A stretch of DNA of 58,326 nt, filler included, from Sphacelaria rigidula (GCA_964200075.2; 9 parts of 9 records of this genome joined end to end with filler, not necessarily neighbours in it), one strand, 5' to 3'; positions 25,755-40,482 are shown, numbered from the whole stretch's first letter. Program-made: numbers and translations. The notes: generated from the sequence alone by a model not told the origin.

Positions 25755-27369
25755 TATAATTATATGTAAATTGCTGCCGCGCCCCGGTGGTATAATGGTC
25801 CGACTGTCGCCATTAGGGTGGAGAGAACGGGTGTCCGATTCCCGATGTGTCGGGCTTTTTTTTTTGTANNNNNNNNNNNNNNNNNNNNNNNNNNNNNNNN
25901 NNNNNNNNNNNNTTAATTAATTAANNNNNNNNNNNNNNNNNNNNNNNNNNNNNNNNNNNNNNNNNNNNAGATCCTGTTTCACAATCTTCGCTATGTCGTA
26001 GCCAAGAGACGGGATTAGAAAAAAGTGCCAGGACAAAAAGCGAGACGAGAAAAAAAATATGTGAAGGATTGTTTCATGACGGCCGTTGCGCTGATGTGTG
26101 CTCCTTGTCGCCATTGCAATTATGGAAACATAGCCGGTGATAGTTGACAGGCTGCGGGGGTGTAGCTAGTCTTTCATCCAATACCCCATGATAAATTGCA
26201 AGATAGGCAACGGGGGCGAGATGGGTCGACCCCTGGAGGCTGCGGACTCGTCCGCAGGAAGAGAGGAGGGGGGAAGGGGGGGGGTAGTGAAGCAGACAGC
26301 AGTCGCGCTGCGTACTCCATCACTACACCCTTTTGGCGGCTTTACTGGATAGTCGTGCTCTGCCGACCCTGTGCCATCACGAGTGTACGGCTGCACCGCG
26401 ACACTGAGCCGGGGTGTCGGGGGCAAGTGCGGCGTGGACGCAGCTCAAGTTCTCTCGGACATTTCGGGCTCACCACGACGATTTCATCTATGCCCGCAGT
26501 GACAGAAAGTAAAAGCACTACGGGATTATCTCCAATTGAGTATGACTACCACATCACCCGGGCACCCCCTGCAATTCTGTCCCCCAGAAGTCTCTCCGCA
26601 TGACCGCCGGCCGGCGATGTTGCTACCAAGTACCGGCGTCGCGCCCCGAGCGCTTGAATTGGTACCATTGCCCGGCTTTATTTATGGGCCATCCCATGGG
26701 TCCTCATACTAGCATTAATCCCCTCGAAAATATTACACTTCCCCCCGTGTTAACCCACAGAACTGTCCGCGAGAACATGTCCCAGCGGGAGGCTCGTAGG
26801 AGAAGGTTATGCCACAGTGCTACATTCCAGGTACATCGCGCTACCAACCCCCCCGAAGCGCTCAAAACTGGTGCGCACGCCTATCGGATTATAAGTTTGC
26901 GTCCCACTACACCGTTCACTTTGAATATAAAGGAAATGTCACGAAGCGTTCATTTTTGGCGGTACGCCGCCGACAATTCGCCGAGAAGGGGACTTGGCAT
27001 GTCTCCATCTCAGAAAGACTTGTGATTCTTTCCGAGGGATCCCAGCACATGTTTCCGACATTTGGTATGCGTGCTTCCATCCAGTCTTTGGCAGGTGAGC
27101 AATCTTCTATGAAAAAAAAAACAGACTCGGGGTGTATCCTGCACGAAGCACGTACTTTCAGGTGTTCCTGGATAAATTCAACACTTTGAGATGGTCATGG
27201 GGGTGGGGGGTCGGGAGTACCCGGCGAAGATATTCGTAGTGATGGGGCCTGGGCTGCGTTGAGGTGCTACTATAGCTGTGAACTGATCGCGGGCTTCGTC
27301 GTCTTCTCCGTTTCATTCCCTCTGCTGTGCGCTTCCTGTCTACGATTCATTCTTGTCTTCGCTGATCGT

Positions 27370-27545
27370 GGAACATGCTTCCGCGCATACTTTTAGGTAC
27401 GCGGAAATATATGGACAGGCGCCGCACACACTGAAACAGCGAATTGAGACTGCAGTAGTGGGGCATGAAACAAATCTGGGGGTATTAAGCACGGGGAAAG
27501 GGCGCTCAAGTCTTCTCCAAGACAGTATAGCCAGTATTTGCCAGG
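27370..27545 (-). pseudogene. hAT transposase C-terminal dimerization domain remnant
   Basis: ILSWRRLERPFPVLNTPRFVSCPTTAVSIRCFSVCG resembles the consensus L.WW....FP.L...A...LS.P.TS...ER.FS..G. Confidence 0.55.
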
Positions 27546-30500
27546 TGGCACAGTTGAACAAGCCCCCCTTACGGGCAATACTCGTCGACAAACCGTCACC
27601 GTTAGCTGTTTCGAGAGTTTTTTTTTCCACGAACGGAAGAGAAAGCAGGATTTTTGGCTTGTGAAAAAAAAAATCTCTGTTCACGTCAATTATGCAATAC
27701 TTCTGAGTATGTTCGCGCAAAAGCATGGCACAAGAGTAGGAGATCGACACGGGCATACGCGCGGGCAGGGGACCACAAGCGTTGAGCAGGATGGTATCCA
27801 ACGACGTATCAACAACCTTGTGTCAACGTATGTTGCGCTGTACGATGCTGTACCGCCGACCAGCTGCGTGCTGTACTTATTGACGAGCAACCTTGATGAG
27901 CCATCTGTTTGCTACATATCAAAGGCAAAATGGGCGGGACAGCTTCCTGTAGCTATTAGTGTTGAAACAGAATTGGATTGTAATTTATGCATTGTAATTG
28001 ATACTTTTGGTGATTGCCTTGGTTTCTAGTATTTTCGACAATTCGATTTTTTTCAGGTTGCATTTGTTTTCGAGACTGGCTTAGGTTTTTGACTGATACC
28101 GGCCGAAAACATAGCAACGATCTCGTGGAACACATGATGCGTGTAAAATCTTCACAAATGAAGTCAGCTCAACGAACTGCTCGACAGCTCGACTCACTGT
28201 CTGCGAGAGCACCTGTTGGCAAAGCCACTACTGGCTGCCTAGCGTTGCGATGTCCCAAGAATGTCAAGGAAATGTGTGGGTAATGCCATATGTAAGTGAT
28301 GTGGACGAAACAACCGTAACCCTCTGGGCACCATGTCCACCCTTGCGAGATCTTCCCTTCGACAGTCGGGCGGGGTGTTGGGGGATGGCCACTGTGAGCC
28401 TGCGTGTCCGCCAGTGGGCCACATGGGTGCTACACCGGGTTTCTCAAAGAGTTGTGGCTTTGCACAGTGAGGAAATGTCTTCATTTTTGGCCGGCGACAA
28501 CAAGCGGCGGAATTAGAAAACGCGATTTGATACCATATATCCATTTAATTGGAGGAATATCAAACTCTAGTTTCGTGATATATCTAACTGTACTTTAATG
28601 GGGGATCACCGAGAATCTGGAGTTCGAGATACCTCTATTAATAGAGGCTTTGGAGGTATCTATAGAGGCGTTGGAGGTATCTCAAACTCGAGGTTGCCGA
28701 TATATCCAAGAGTAGATTTGTACTTCGACGTATAAAATATTCCGGAAAGCCTCGAGTTTGAGATATATTCAGTCATGCTCCTATTTAGCTACCAAAAAAA
28801 CAACGTTGGCTTTCGGACGGAGAATGCGGCGAAAAACAATTGTCGGTTGTAATGCGCCGCCAAGGTTGAAACCTGTCCTCAATATTTCAACGCATGCCCC
28901 GACGCCCACATTCACCCTCAACACCAGATACCTTCAGCAGTAGCCACAGTCCACCGCAGTAAAAGGCATTTTGACACAGGGACGGTGGTGCGATATTGGA
29001 TATTGGATGAGCGAAAGCTATCTCCGTCTCAATTTCTTCAAAACAGTATGTGCGCACTGGCGCACTCGTGTTGGAAAAGAAAACGTGAATAAAGTCGTAG
29101 CCGACTGGCACACATCCAATTACTTGAATCACGACATAAGACGTAATCTGCCGGGCACTAAATCGGCGCTTGGGAATTCGCTCGGATCCAAACTACCCCG
29201 AAACGAGCGACAAGGAACATAATGGGTTCCGTCACTATTCCTTTTTGTCCGTATTTTTCGACCATGCGCGCCTGAACACTGCAGCGCCCTTGGCTACATG
29301 GTTGACCGGGCAGGTTGGGTTTGCTTTCTTGCCGATATGTTAAATAACGGAAAAGTCGATCGTGGTCGCCCGTCTCCATAACTCTGAACGCTACAAGCCC
29401 CCGCTTGGCCAGCAGGGGTGTGTAAGGGGAACAGGTGCACCGCTTCCGTTCGGTTCGGTTTGGTTCGGTTCGGTTCGCGTTGCTGTGCGCGCGCGAGCGT
29501 GCGTGCGTGTGTGTGTGGAAATTTATGCACATCCTGCTCAGTCGGCCACCAGGTGTGTGTAGGGGGGAATTCCCGGAAACATCAGCCACGAAATGACAGC
29601 ACACCCTTTCACACCCGCACCCGCCGCCTACATGTACCATGTTCACCCCCTGTCGACTACGCAAACGCCGCACCCACACCTCTCACCGAATACGTCATGC
29701 TCTTCGGCCAAAGCATCCGACTGTTCGGCAGCTTTGTGTATGGATTACGGTTGCATTTACTACTTTACTGTGGACATAACCATGACTTCTCGTAGTGCTG
29801 AAAATCGCAACTTCATCCCGAGAGTGCAACACACAAAGCACTGCAGATCGCGGCTCATGCGTACGCATGGCATCGGCCTCTTCAACGTAGGTAGGCGTTG
29901 TCACTCCAACGCAAGCAACTATTCCGAACAACTCCCGAAAGCCCATTTAACTACTGCAGGGGTCTGGGCACCTCGACGATAAACCGTGTGACTGCGAAGA
30001 TAGGTCATCTCTTGAGCCCGCATCATTTTCACTAGAAAAATGAGTCAGCACCCAGATGATCCATCCTGGGCAGTGAAAAGTATCAGGTTAACCCTACTGA
30101 CCATCGACGGTTATCCACCTGTTGGATTGGCATCAGTTTTACCTGCGAGGTGTACATTATAATAGTAGAGTCGAATGTTAATATGAGTGAGTGCGCTTAA
30201 AGAGCATTTGTCCTGTAGAGGACTTGTGTTAATAGACGGTCCAGAACATAAATTGACGGCACAGGATGCTGTTCATACACCTCATAGTATGGCAAGCTCG
30301 TAGAATACAACGAGAGGGTGCGGTAGACTGCAGAAGCGTTACTCCTGGGGTGCTTTGAAGAGCAGCCCAGCGTAACTCATTGCACTGAAGTGCAATGCGG
30401 TATTCGATTTGCGAGGGCCTGGTGCCGGCTGTATCCAAGGGCACGTCTCGGCAAATCGTGTTGTTTGTTTCCTGGCTTCAGTTTGAAATAGAAAATTGAA

Positions 30501-32039
30501 AGTGATATCGTTTTTCAACCGTATTTCACCAGTCTTGGGTGCTCATGTAACAGCGAGGGGAGAGTAGGTGGAGCAGTGTGATTTCCGCCGCGACAGGATC
30601 ACGATTACATTTCAATAGTGGTACTGTAGAGTGAGCACGAAGTACAATTATCATACACTCTGCGCCTTTTCATGCAACTTGCCACGCAACCCCAGGAAAC
30701 TGAAACGTCAAGTCCAGTTGAACATCTGCTCTCTACGGAGTATTTCAAGACGCAGGTGACAAGAGTGGTGCACATCGCCCGATTGTGGTCGCCAGGGGCG
30801 CCACAAGAAAACGTGATCCCACAACAAGAACAACTCCAAGGCACGATCAGTGTACGTACGCACCTGACTTGAAGAACAACACGCGCATGAATCATGACAA
30901 TGGCAAGCACCACGTCTACAACTGTTCTATATCAATCAATCAATATATTTACGTACGACGGGACGATGGTAGCATTTGTATACCATGCTCAGCTTTCCTG
31001 CAAGGCGATATTTTTGCGATCTCAGCACACAAACTACCACCTGAGTAGGCCAAGTATCTTGCTTGGCGTATCCCTCTTGCGGGACGCAAACTTCAGAGTC
31101 CGGAGCTTCAAGTATGAATTTATTCCAAGTTGGGAACTGCACCGGTCTCTTCACCCCTGTGAGCGTACCATTCCACAAAAATGGTGCTCAAAATTGTCTT
31201 TCGGGGCAACCTGAAATACTCCGCGTCTTGTGCACACAACCATACCCGGAATGAAATTGCTGTCCCGCGTGTGTGTGTACACAGGAGCAGGGGAGCTGCA
31301 GATAAGCAGCATTATACAGTACTGTCATAAACGCTTAAAATAAGCCCACCCAGCAGTCGTCTCGTGGTGTCTTGTACCACTGGAAGATGGGGGGGAAGGG
31401 GGGACACGCTACCTGTATACATGAACGATCTCCTCCTATCAAGCTAGAGCCGACACAAGCATCAACGATCGGTGATTGACAAACAAGATGGAGACGCTCC
31501 AGTTGGTTGTTCTCCGCGAGAAAAAAACACGCAATTTAGATGGAATACGAACGAGCCCATCTTATCAATTCACGTCGAAACTCGACATCGAATGACTGTC
31601 GTTACCCGCCCAAATCCCTCAACTGACAGGGAAATGATTTTTAGATGAAAATGTAAAACATCCGCGAGAGTGCAACCCGGTGAGGGTAAAAAAATTACAC
31701 GGTGTGTAAATGGGCTAGGTTCCTTATCCTGGAATACACATACGCCTCTTGGCATAGAATTCATGTGCAGGACAACAGTATCCTAACCACAAGCTGAAGT
31801 CGCGCATAAACATGATGGTTGCTGGGCTCTCGGAGCCATCATCAGCCCGTACGGTTGATCATCCGAAACCGAAGAAAACTTGGAGAATTTGAGCCTCGTC
31901 GTGGGTCTCATCTCTCAATCGTTTTTCGGCTCCGTTTTTTAGGAAAATGCTAACTTCACTAATTTCATAAACGGGAACCATGTGCTGTGAAGACAGCGAA
32001 ATCTCGTCTACTCAACATAATCCGTGTTTGTTCCCTCAC

Positions 32040-32264
32040 CTTGACCACATCAACTGCCCCTGTGGCAGCCGCTGAGTGTAACGGCGTGTTGCCGTGGCAA
32101 TTTTGCACGTCTATAGACGCCCCAGCCTCCACAAGACTTTTTACGACAGAGCAGTGGTGATTCGCCGACGCCACATGAAGAGGCGAATGTCCTGCCCCAG
32201 AGCAAACGTCGTATCTCGCCCCCAGCTTTATCAACAACTGCACACATTCTAACTTGCCATGCAT
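32040..32264 (-). CDS. Ankyrin-repeat protein exon (225 nt)
   Basis: MHGKLECVQLLIKLGARYDVCSGAGHSPLHVASANHHCSVVKSLVEAGASIDVQNCHGNTPLHSAAATGAVDVVK. Acceptor aacag|, donor |gtgagg, phase 0/0. Confidence 0.92.
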
Positions 32265-33107
32265 CTGTTCCATTTATGAGGGGAGATGAGGAAGGGGGCG
32301 CGCGGGGGGGGGGCGACGGGGAGGGCCAAGATGTTTGTATCTGGATGTAATATCCGCGAANNNNNNNNNNNNNNNNNNNNNNNNNNNNNNNNNNNNNNNN
32401 NNNNTTAATTAATTAANNNNNNNNNNNNNNNNNNNNNNNNNNNNNNNNNNNNNNNNNNNNCTTGTCTTAGTCGTTTGACCATTGACCACGCATCCCTTTC
32501 GAGAGGGAGCACGGTTCCTACTCCTAGTAGAGACACTTTCAACATTCGGCGGCGGCGGGGGGGGGGGCTATCGCGGCGTTACTCAAGCACAGATCACCAC
32601 ATTTCGAATTCAAACTCGTTTCAACTTTATGTGGTTTCCTTCCTCGTAAACCTCGGTCACTTCCTGCGCATCGACCTTTAATCTTCCAAAGACCAATTCG
32701 TATCTCCTAGAACACGGCTGTGCAAAGCTGGTCGAGCAAAAAGGGCCGTCGATATGCTCAGGTCGCATTACATTTCCAAACGGGACATAGACGTTTATGA
32801 AGCTAATCGATGGTCTATTATAGAAGACGATATCACCGTTTATTACAGACAGCTACAGACAGCTACAGACAACCACCCCCACCTCGCGCACGAACGTTCC
32901 CGAGGCATCTAAAATAAGGTAACAAAACACACCGACACCTTGTTGGAATGTACCAGTGCAACCACGGTAGCAACGAACCTTTCAGTCGCAAGCCTCGAGA
33001 AGCATCTTTCCTGTACCAGCAACCGGAGCTTTTGAAGCACGAGCAAAACTCATCATTCCTAACCCTTACAATACCAAGTCGTTTTGATTCAAAAACGTCA
33101 CGGCAAT

Positions 33108-36100
33108 TCTACCGAACCGGTTGGAGGTGCCCGGCGGCGCTCTCCACCGGGCGATCCACCGACCTGCGATTGACGGCCTGGTTCTCGAGCTCATTCACGA
33201 GAGTTACCATGAAGGCGAGGGAATCGCAGCCCATTACGTTCAGAGAACGGAATATTTTTTCTTTCCGGAGCGGTTTTGCTCGTGGGGATTGAGATTGACG
33301 TTTGCCAATTCGTCACATTTTTGAGCTCGCCGAACAAAGCTCGACACCGCGGACCGCGATTTGTTTCGTGGGGTCCATCGGGGGATAGGTACAGTCCGGC
33401 GAACGTTCCGAGAAGGCAGATGAGGTTTGCGAACTTCGGCGTCTGCGGGCAGCTTGATGTTGAAGGGGAGACCATATATAGCTTTGAACCAATCCCTCTT
33501 CACTCACTCTTGCTCCAGGATTGCAACCGGATGGCGAAATCTGCGAACATGTCACAACATAGACGGGGGTCTCAAACTCCGCCTCACCACGTAGAATATG
33601 CGCTGCGGGAACGATGACGGGAACATACCGCGATTTCCGGAGGAAAAAAGTAACAAAGGTGATAAAGTACAACGTGGCAACGTGGCGGGCGTTTTTTAAA
33701 CAGCTCGATACTACCTTGTGTAGATCGTGATGAGACAGGAATAGCAGACTCCGCGGGAAACAAAGCGGGCGAGCGCGATCGAATCTGTGTACTTTTGAAT
33801 AAAACAATAAAAGGCGAGAGCTGCCATCAATGCCCGCGCCTGCTTTCTCCTTCATGCGGCCATCGGCGGGCCCTAGTGCGTCAGCGATAAAGTTCACCTT
33901 GACCTGTCTGCACCAGGAATACGACAGAGGTTGCCGCAGATCGGTGACACAGGAAGTGACAGCGCTCGCAGGCACAGAGCACGCTCTGTATGTTACGCTA
34001 AGGAATGCGCTGTCCGCCCCCGAATACATTGGATATCGGCCGTGGCAGCACGCACGACCGATTCGAGCTGGACCAGGCTAAAAAGCTCACATTCCTGTAG
34101 CACATGATAATTGTATCAGTTCCCCGAAACAACCTGACGTAAGTATATCGGTGTGGCGTGCAGACCAACCTGATGATGCACGCTCTCCCGTAAAAAAAGA
34201 TGTACCGCACAATATACGACCTCAACGACGGAACAGGTTCTGCAAAAACAAAATGTATCTGTCCGGATTAGAACTCATAACCTCCCGCCCTTGTGGAAGT
34301 CTCTCATACGACCTAGACAACGGGGTGCAACGTTGTCACACAATAAGTGGAACGGGCGGCCCATTTTAAGGAGTGTTGAACTCAAATTTTACATGTACGT
34401 TCTACACACCAATACGCAATAAACGATTTCGGTAGCCAAAAATATAAATATATTTGTTGAGGTACAGTATGTCATGCATTTATTTTTTTGTCAGAATCGT
34501 CAACCCGCTCTAATTTTCTGGGGTGGGGTTCGTCGGGTCACCACAGTACGTTTCCGCATCTTGATACAAAAGTTGTGTCGGAATATCATCTTCTTACTCT
34601 GAAAGACGGCGCTTGTAAAGCTTGTCAAGCGCCGAAAAAACTGCTCCAAGCCGGTCCAGTTCGTATCGTAAATAGATTGTGGTGACTGCTTACCTCGTCG
34701 TATCCGAGTAGTGTTTTCACTCCTTCAAATTCACGCTCGGCCGCGTCGGGGGCCAAGACCTGAACAGAGTAGCCGGGCAAGCTGAGCAGGGTTGGCGCGC
34801 CACTACGCTTGGTCGCACCAGCAGCACTCGCCAATGCTTTGCGGAAGAACTGTGCATGATTCTCTACGTCGTGCCTTTGACGGTTCTTCCCATCTCCTCC
34901 GCGGCCGACCCCCCACCCCTCTCACCCCCGCCACTCCTGCCGTGGAGGTATCGCTAGTTACCTGCAGCACCTTCGAAATTCGCGTCACTCTACATCTCTC
35001 CAGCAGAAAGAGGGCCGCTTTTTATGCAAGCTGCGGAAGTAGTCCGTGTTCATGCAATTATTTCCAGTTATTGACCGCGGTGTCGCGAACAGCAACATCC
35101 ACGTAACCGGCGAATTTTCGGCGGTAACGTCGAAGAGACTGCCGAAGTCCAAACCGTGCTGGGCTGGCGCCGGCGGGCTCGCGTGGCGAAAGAGGCCGTG
35201 CGCATCAGCCGTGGGTCTTCGCCGTAGGCCGAGTATGTACTTGAGCCGCAGGCTCGTCAGGCGCTAATGGCTTGGCGTGGACACCCATGTCGGACAGTGT
35301 GGGGATCGAAACTCCACGGAATTTGCGTCGGGTCGACGGCACGTCGTCCGACCCTGTGGCCGTACTCTCACTATCCGCGGTGCCGTCTTATCTCCCGCCT
35401 CAATGCAGGGAAGGGCCTCACCGTTTTAGAATAAGCACCCACAAGGCCTTTACATGATCAGTCTCACCACACGCGGTATGTCCGTGACCAGTACAACAGG
35501 CGGAACCTAAGGTCGGAAATAAAGATCAACATAACAACAAGTATCGGGCATGCCATTACCATAAGTGGGGTGAATATGGAGATTATGAGGAGAGAACTGC
35601 TTCATTGAAGTCGCGGGCGTTATCCAAGCCCCCCGTCTTGTGTCCATGCTCGCCGACCGAGGGCAGATATGCCATGCGCGCAAATGAATAACGAAACGAG
35701 CACGGTTTGAAGCTACCATTGACATCTGCTATACGAGGTACTACTCGTCAAAAATGTGGCAGCGCTGTTCTCGCGTGCGCTCGGTAGTAGATGTCTGTGA
35801 ATCCACGCCACCACGCAACGAAACCAATTTGCTTTTTTCACCGTATGCCCAAAATTGATGCGGTTTCAAGAGGTGCAACGGAACCCGACTCACCAGCAAG
35901 TGGTTGGCCATTTCCACAACACCTTTTGGGTCCTCCGCCCCCCAGAGAAACATGTGCGCTGTCTGAATCCCGTCCGCGATGTAAAACCATGCTCCACCCA
36001 ATGTCGCCGCGGACCCATGTCCCAAGAAAAATTCCACCACTCATCGCTGTCTCCGGTACGTGAAATGAAACGTGATCGGAGCTGCTTGAACAGGTCCTCG

Positions 36101-37500
36101 AGCATTAGCTTGTTGTGTACCTGCAGCAAGTACGCCAGAGACATCAGCTTCGGCAGGAGGTGATGCAAGGTAGAAGTAGAGACATAGCGAAGCCAACACT
36201 TTCTCATCATGAAAAAAATGTATTACACGCTCGCGCTGTCTCTCAAAACAAGTACAGGTTATCGATTCGTCATCAAAAATAAATTTCGCGCCGCAACAGT
36301 GGGCGCACCACGGGTCAAAATACATGATCAACACTCGGCTCCAACGCTATGGGCGCCATTCGCGCTAAGGGGCCACGCTATTTTTAGTGTGTGTGTAGGG
36401 GGAAATGACGAACCATCACAGGCTAGGATCTGGAAACGTAAACTAAAAATAAAACGATGGGCCCTTCACTTCCGGGTTTCAACTGGTTTCATTTGGACCC
36501 CTAGGGAATATTCAACAAAACGCACGAAGCGGGACTGCTCCGAAAATGTTCACGAGTTGTGTGAAAGTCACCCGATTGCCCTGGAAATTTATTTCAGTGG
36601 GCAATTTTGTGGGCGGAGAGGACGAATCTCGCGTTGGTATTTATTTTTTTCGTCCCAGTTATTGACTTACAGACATGTCACCAACAACGATATTTGTCGC
36701 GAACAAATATTCAAGTCAAACCTAGACGTTCATGTCGGAGCCTTTGTCGAAAAGAAATACTCAGGTCGAACCAAGCTGAGTTTCTTGTCTCAAAAACGTC
36801 GTAAATGGCGCTGCACCTCCCCGCCCCCAAATCGGCGAAACGAGATCAATTGCTGAGGAGCACATATCAAACGGAAATTCGATGGATATGCGGTAGAAAA
36901 AATACTTGAAGCCGATCTCGAATCGATGATTGACTCGACGATGGTTGAGGGGGGGGATCCCTGGGTGAACCAAGAAAATACTCTTGTTTTTTTTACCGCG
37001 GATGGACGCCTATAGCATAGTACAGGCAGAACGCGCGCATGACTGTAAAGTGCGCTGCTATACTCACGAGTTCAATCCAGCCTTCCACCTGAAGCAGCGA
37101 ACGTAAACATCATCGATTTCGTCCTTCTTCATGTCGTCGAGGACCAATATCCCATTCCCGGACTCACACAAATACTTGACGAGGACCTGCCCGTCGCCGC
37201 TCTCTGCCAAGCCAGCCTCCCGCGTTGTTCCCCGAGAACCGGATCGGAATATATTGGGCTTCCCGTTATACGGACTGAAATTCACCGGTGTCTTCGGGAC
37301 GAACTGGTATCGCCTCCCGAAGATGATACAGCATTATGGGTGATATCCACCGAATATCATGCCCCACCATCGCTGCCATCCATGGCCAGCTTGTCTTGGG
37401 TGCATATACGCCATTTGGCTGTGGGATGATGATGCGGTCTTCACAGAGGTAGTCAAGCTGTATCAGTCTCTCTGCCCTTGGTGCTACATCATCCACATAT
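33108..37500 (-). pseudogene. Degenerate multi-exon KDZ-like (Kyakuja/Dileera/Zisupton) transposase
   Basis: Ordered motifs PG....CCHG (~34040), DFAIRLQSW (33540), DGPHETNRGPRCRALF, LANVNLNPHEQNRS..VMGCDSLAFMVTLVNELEN. Coding-like blocks are bounded by cag/gtaag/gtgag. Frameshifts and stops are present. Confidence 0.5.
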
Positions 37501-39206
37501 CAATTGCAGCAACAGGGGATGCGCTGCGCGACCTCGGTACTCAACAGCGTACACATACTCGTAGAGACGGACTACTTCCTGTACGCTGAGGTCTTGTACT
37601 GAAAACTGGTACATGTACAGCAGCAATTCAGCAAATCAAACAGCAGAAACTCAGCAAATCAAACAGCAGCAGGGATGCCACGCCTTGTGTTTGTGTGTGA
37701 ATTTGTGTGTGTGTCGTGTGTGACTGAGTGTGCGTGTGTGTGCCATTACAGCTCTGTCCTAGCTCATGATGAAGTGCGGCGCAATTCGTATGGGACTGTC
37801 ACGAGCAGAGGCGAGGAAGAGCTCAGGTTTGTAACCACAGGTTCGAGAGATCAAGCTGATGTGCACAGTTAATGATAATAATAACCATCATCAAGAACAA
37901 ACTGTTGCAACATCACCACAATTCCAAAAAAAAAAAAATCATCCTGCCCACAGGGTACGGGCTGGGCCAGCCTCAAAACGGATTTAACCCTTAGACAGCG
38001 ACCCCCCTGAGCTAGTAGACTGAGGTAGACACTCCACTTTTTGGGTTCAGAATCATTCCTTTGTCACAACTCGAAACGCCTACTCTACAGCGGAAGGGAC
38101 CGGGAGTGAGGCACATCGTCGTGAGAGTCCGAGGACAGACGGTGGTGTGGTTGTCGACCACCTGATTATTACGCCTCATATTTTTGCTGTGCAGTCTGTA
38201 GTGTATCGTGCCGCGGCTGCACGTGCGGTCAGCAGCGTACTGGCTCTTACAGTGTTAAACGTGCCGAGTGTACGCAGCGTGGGTTTGGATATCGCACCAT
38301 GACTACCGCCGCGAACGCCCCTGACTACCGTAGAGCATTTGCTCGACGAAGGCGGTCGCCTCACCGTCGAAGTACTTATCGACATTTACGTGCGTGGGAT
38401 ACTCGTGGGCGCCGCTCGCGTGTTGTGCCATGACGTTTTATACCAGATGGAGGTGTGGAGCTAGTGGAACGCTCAGGCAGTACTGAACAGACAGACAAAG
38501 TGTACCGAAGATGCTCGAACACCTGATTTTTGGTTATATAATATATGGTTGATTTGGCATGATCAAATGAGATTTGAGGGTAGACGGCGAATGTGTCTAC
38601 CAACTGTCTACCTCTACCGGAACAAAAGTGCTCATTTTGACGACCGTGATATGGTCAGAATGGTCGTCCCGCGCCTCTCGGGCCTCGTGCAGGGCTTACA
38701 ATTTTCTGCGAGAAACTTCCAAACACACATGGTTGACTCCGTGAGCTTCTCCGATGCTCCGCGGAGAGACACCTCCCCCCCCCCCCCCCCCCCACCCCCC
38801 CCCCCCACACACCCCCCCCCCCCCACCCCCCGACTACATCCTCCCCCCCAGCNNNNNNNNNNNNNNNNNNNNNNNNNNNNNNNNNNNNNNNNNNNNTTAA
38901 TTAATTAANNNNNNNNNNNNNNNNNNNNNNNNNNNNNNNNNNNNNNNNNNNNATCCCCCCCCCGCGTAGGATGACTCTTGTGCAAAAGCTGAAATTTGGT
39001 GGCGATTTAATCCGATGCACGACTAGCGAGTTCGCGGCTACAAAATTTATAACGAGAAAAAAATTCCAACGAATGTGCTCGAATGACCGGGAATGGTCAT
39101 GTCTGCGTAGTCGATCGTCATCATTCTCAGCAGAAAGAAAGAAATGATGATGTCAAACATTGCGTCCTGTTAGTGTTAGGGGGAGATAGATGATTTCTCC
39201 GCCGTT

Positions 39207-40482
39207 TAATACATCAACAAGTATCGGGGAGAGCATGGACCGAGAGAGGGAACATTCACGCCGTATTTCGGGTACTCGAAGCAGATAGCGCATGGCATTT
39301 CGAAGCCAAACGAGTCCGTGGTACACTTGATAATGAAGCAGACGGCATTCCGCGGTGGCCGAAATATTATATCGCCACCTATTTGATTGTCTTGTGTCTC
39401 AGTGTCCCATGGCATGAACAGAAAATGGGGGACCAGGGGCACCAGCTTTATTCCCACAGTTTGGATTAAAGTTCCCTGGTAACCCATCGCGCAATCGTGT
39501 AGACAGACTCACCAGGGGTACATCGGGCCACTCATTCGCTTCCAGCATATGAGCAGCCAAGGTTTATTGCCTAGGGGAGAAGGGCATGGAGAATGTAAAC
39601 GCACTCTTGCCCTCAGACGTCATACGCTTGTTCTGTGTGGGGATTACAAGCCAACACAACCGCAAATAATTCGGTAGCTGTGAAATATTCATTTGAGTTG
39701 TCAAGCAATATCCACGAAGTATTGCACCAAATGGATTTTCCTATCGGACACGTGTCGGTGCGAAGAGTGCTAAAAGGTGTCGGAGCGTAGTTTCCCAGAA
39801 GAAGGAGGTCAGCCGCGGTTGCGGCCGGCAGTATCTTGGACGGCATCATATGCGGCGGCCCAACACGTGGCGTCGCAGTAGGGAGCTGGGGGCCGAGTAT
39901 TGTTTTCATGTCTTGCAGTGCCCTATCCCTTGTTAGCTCAGAAAATTGAAGTACTCGCTGGTAGTACCGATCGAGGGCATCATTTCTGTTGTTTGTGACG
40001 CGAATGTGTAACATTGCTTTACGATAAGCTGAAAAATTAGTGGCCGTCATGGTTTTCGACCGCCCGTGTAGAGGTGCGCTTCCTTGCCATCGAAGGTGAA
40101 CTGATGAGGCGGAGGTGATGCATAAACGTACAGAACGCGGCGAGGACAACAGTCGTGATAAGAAGCGGGGCTCCACAACCGGAACCGGTTCACGCTTTAG
40201 TGGCATTGCTCTCTTGTATGCGGGACTTGCCTCGGGATGCACCATTCACGACGTATACGGGGCAGTGGGGTGCTCGCTTGGTTGGCCTTTGGTGAAACAC
40301 CAAAAGCGTTGAGAACGTTGGTAACGGCGGCGGGAGCAGGCTCCTACGAGTACGTGCTGTACTCTCCACGTGTCGGCAGGGCTTCTCGACTTTCAGCGAA
40401 CGGAGCATCGTCTGATGAAGTGCAGAAAGAAACGATATCAAATTCAGATGCTTCTAAGCTACACGTGATCAGGAGAAGCTGA
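39207..40482 (+). mobile_element. Degenerate DIRS/Ngaro tyrosine-recombinase retrotransposon (RNase H end + YR)
   Basis: RNase H: VLEADSAWHFEAKRVRGTLDNEADGIPRW..WHEQKMG. YR N-terminus: GLQANTTANNSVAVKY..RRVLKGV. YR C-terminus: ALRTLVTAAG..YVLYSPRVGRASRLSANGASSDEVQKE..SDASKLHV (decayed HSLRxG..GRWxS..Y). Confidence 0.8.

Noticed and set aside
39613..40245. 210-aa minus-strand ORF as a novel gene
   Set aside because: Antisense shadow of the decayed tyrosine recombinase.
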